Assembly: GCA_964478025.1 (NCBI GenBank)
Contig: CAYZGK010000001.1
Location: 23,631 to 87,630 of the forward strand
Source: an uncultured Christensenella sp.
GTDB taxonomy: Bacteria; Bacillota; Clostridia; Christensenellales; UBA3700
Length of the DNA: 64,000 bases
Direction of reading: 5' to 3'
Of this stretch, positions 63,570 through 64,000 are shown piece after piece; position 1 is the first letter of the stretch, and every line of letters starts with the position of its first letter. A program made the position numbers and the translations under genes. The notes beneath the pieces are model-generated. The model had not been told where the DNA came from and ran no database searches. It was given only the letters and a program-made list of their open reading frames with translations.

Positions 63570-64000
63570 ATGATTTTTAAGCGAAAAATATATTCAAAGT
63601 TGTTAGGTTGGAAGTCAGATTCAAAGGGGACAAAAGCACTTCTTATTGAAGGTGCAAGACGAATAGGTAAGTCGACTATTGTCGAAGAATTTGCAAAAAA
63701 TGAATATAAAAGTTATATTCTAGTCGATTTCAATGATGTAAGTGATGTAGTAATAGATGCTTTCAATAGATATTTAAATGATCTTGATACTTTTTTTATG
63801 ATTCTTTCAACTGAATATGGAGTTACATTACACAAGAGAGAATCTCTCATTATATTTGATGAAATACAAAAATTTCCAAAAGCAAGGCAATCTATAAAAA
63901 AACTAGTAAAAGATGGAAGATATGATTATCTTGAAACGGGTTCTCTTATTTCAATAAAAGAGAATGTTAAAAACATAACTATTCCTTCAGAAGAGAGACA
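63570..64000 (+). CDS. AAA_14/DUF4143-family ATPase, 3' end outside the window (absent from the ORF track)
   Basis: My translation from the ATG at 63570 is MIFKRKIYSKLLGWKSDSKGTKALLIEGARRIGKSTIVEEFAKNEYKSYILVDFND...ESLIIFDEIQKFPKARQSIKKLVKDGRYDYLETGSLISIKE... It has Walker A GARRIGKS and Walker B LIIFDEIQ. The frame stays open to the window end. Confidence 0.8.
   Translation, partial: MIFKRKIYSKLLGWKSDSKGTKALLIEGARRIGKSTIVEEFAKNEYKSYILVDFNDVSDVVIDAFNRYLNDLDTFFMILSTEYGVTLHKRESLIIFDEIQKFPKARQSIKKLVKDGRYDYLETGSLISIKENVKNITIPSEER

Overview
Low-GC bacterial chromosome segment. It uses the standard genetic code (TGA is a stop, for example the fic-like gene ends at 36165-36167). Nearly all genes are on the + strand. 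The gene content (SipW-type peptidases, a T-box leader on cysE-cysS, plsY-ychF-argS, BspA-type LRR surface proteins, no LPXTG signals seen) suggests a Bacillota or Mollicutes-related organism. I cannot name it from sequence alone.

Block 1 (1-25.2 kb): a tightly packed operon with two SipW-type signal peptidases interleaved with four small exported proteins, followed by one 19.4-kb ORF (6459 aa, GLUG-like and YDG/MBG-like repeat modules). I read this as a TasA-like fibre/adhesin assembly locus.

Block 2 (25.2-36.2 kb): birA, then an accessory, defence-like patchwork. It holds an AAA_14/DUF4143 ATPase, an AbiEi/AbiEii pair, a P-type ATPase, a decayed DUF4143 ATPase, an AlbA_2-domain ATPase/HTH protein and a class II Fic protein. 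Interleaved 170-bp and 66-bp direct repeats run through it. Each accessory gene has its own array of short direct repeats in front of it.

Block 3 (36.2-42.3 kb): a Dlt-like operon made of an FkbH-type loader, a carrier protein, a small membrane protein, an MBOAT and two DltD-like proteins.

Block 4 (42.2-64 kb): mostly housekeeping genes (RsmF-like methyltransferase, aminotransferase, mutarotase-like protein, Mrp/NBP35, radical SAM, plsY, ychF, argS, cysE, cysS, rsmI, tRNA-Val). Also here are a 2151-aa S8 protease with LRR repeats and two more DUF4143 ATPases, each with an upstream repeat array.

I saw no rRNA, CRISPR array, cas gene, transposase or integrase.

The three candidates for something undescribed are the paralog-specific repeat arrays in front of the DUF4143/AlbA_2/Fic genes, the FkbH-ACP-MBOAT-DltD-like operon, and the SipW/TasA-like locus with its giant protein.
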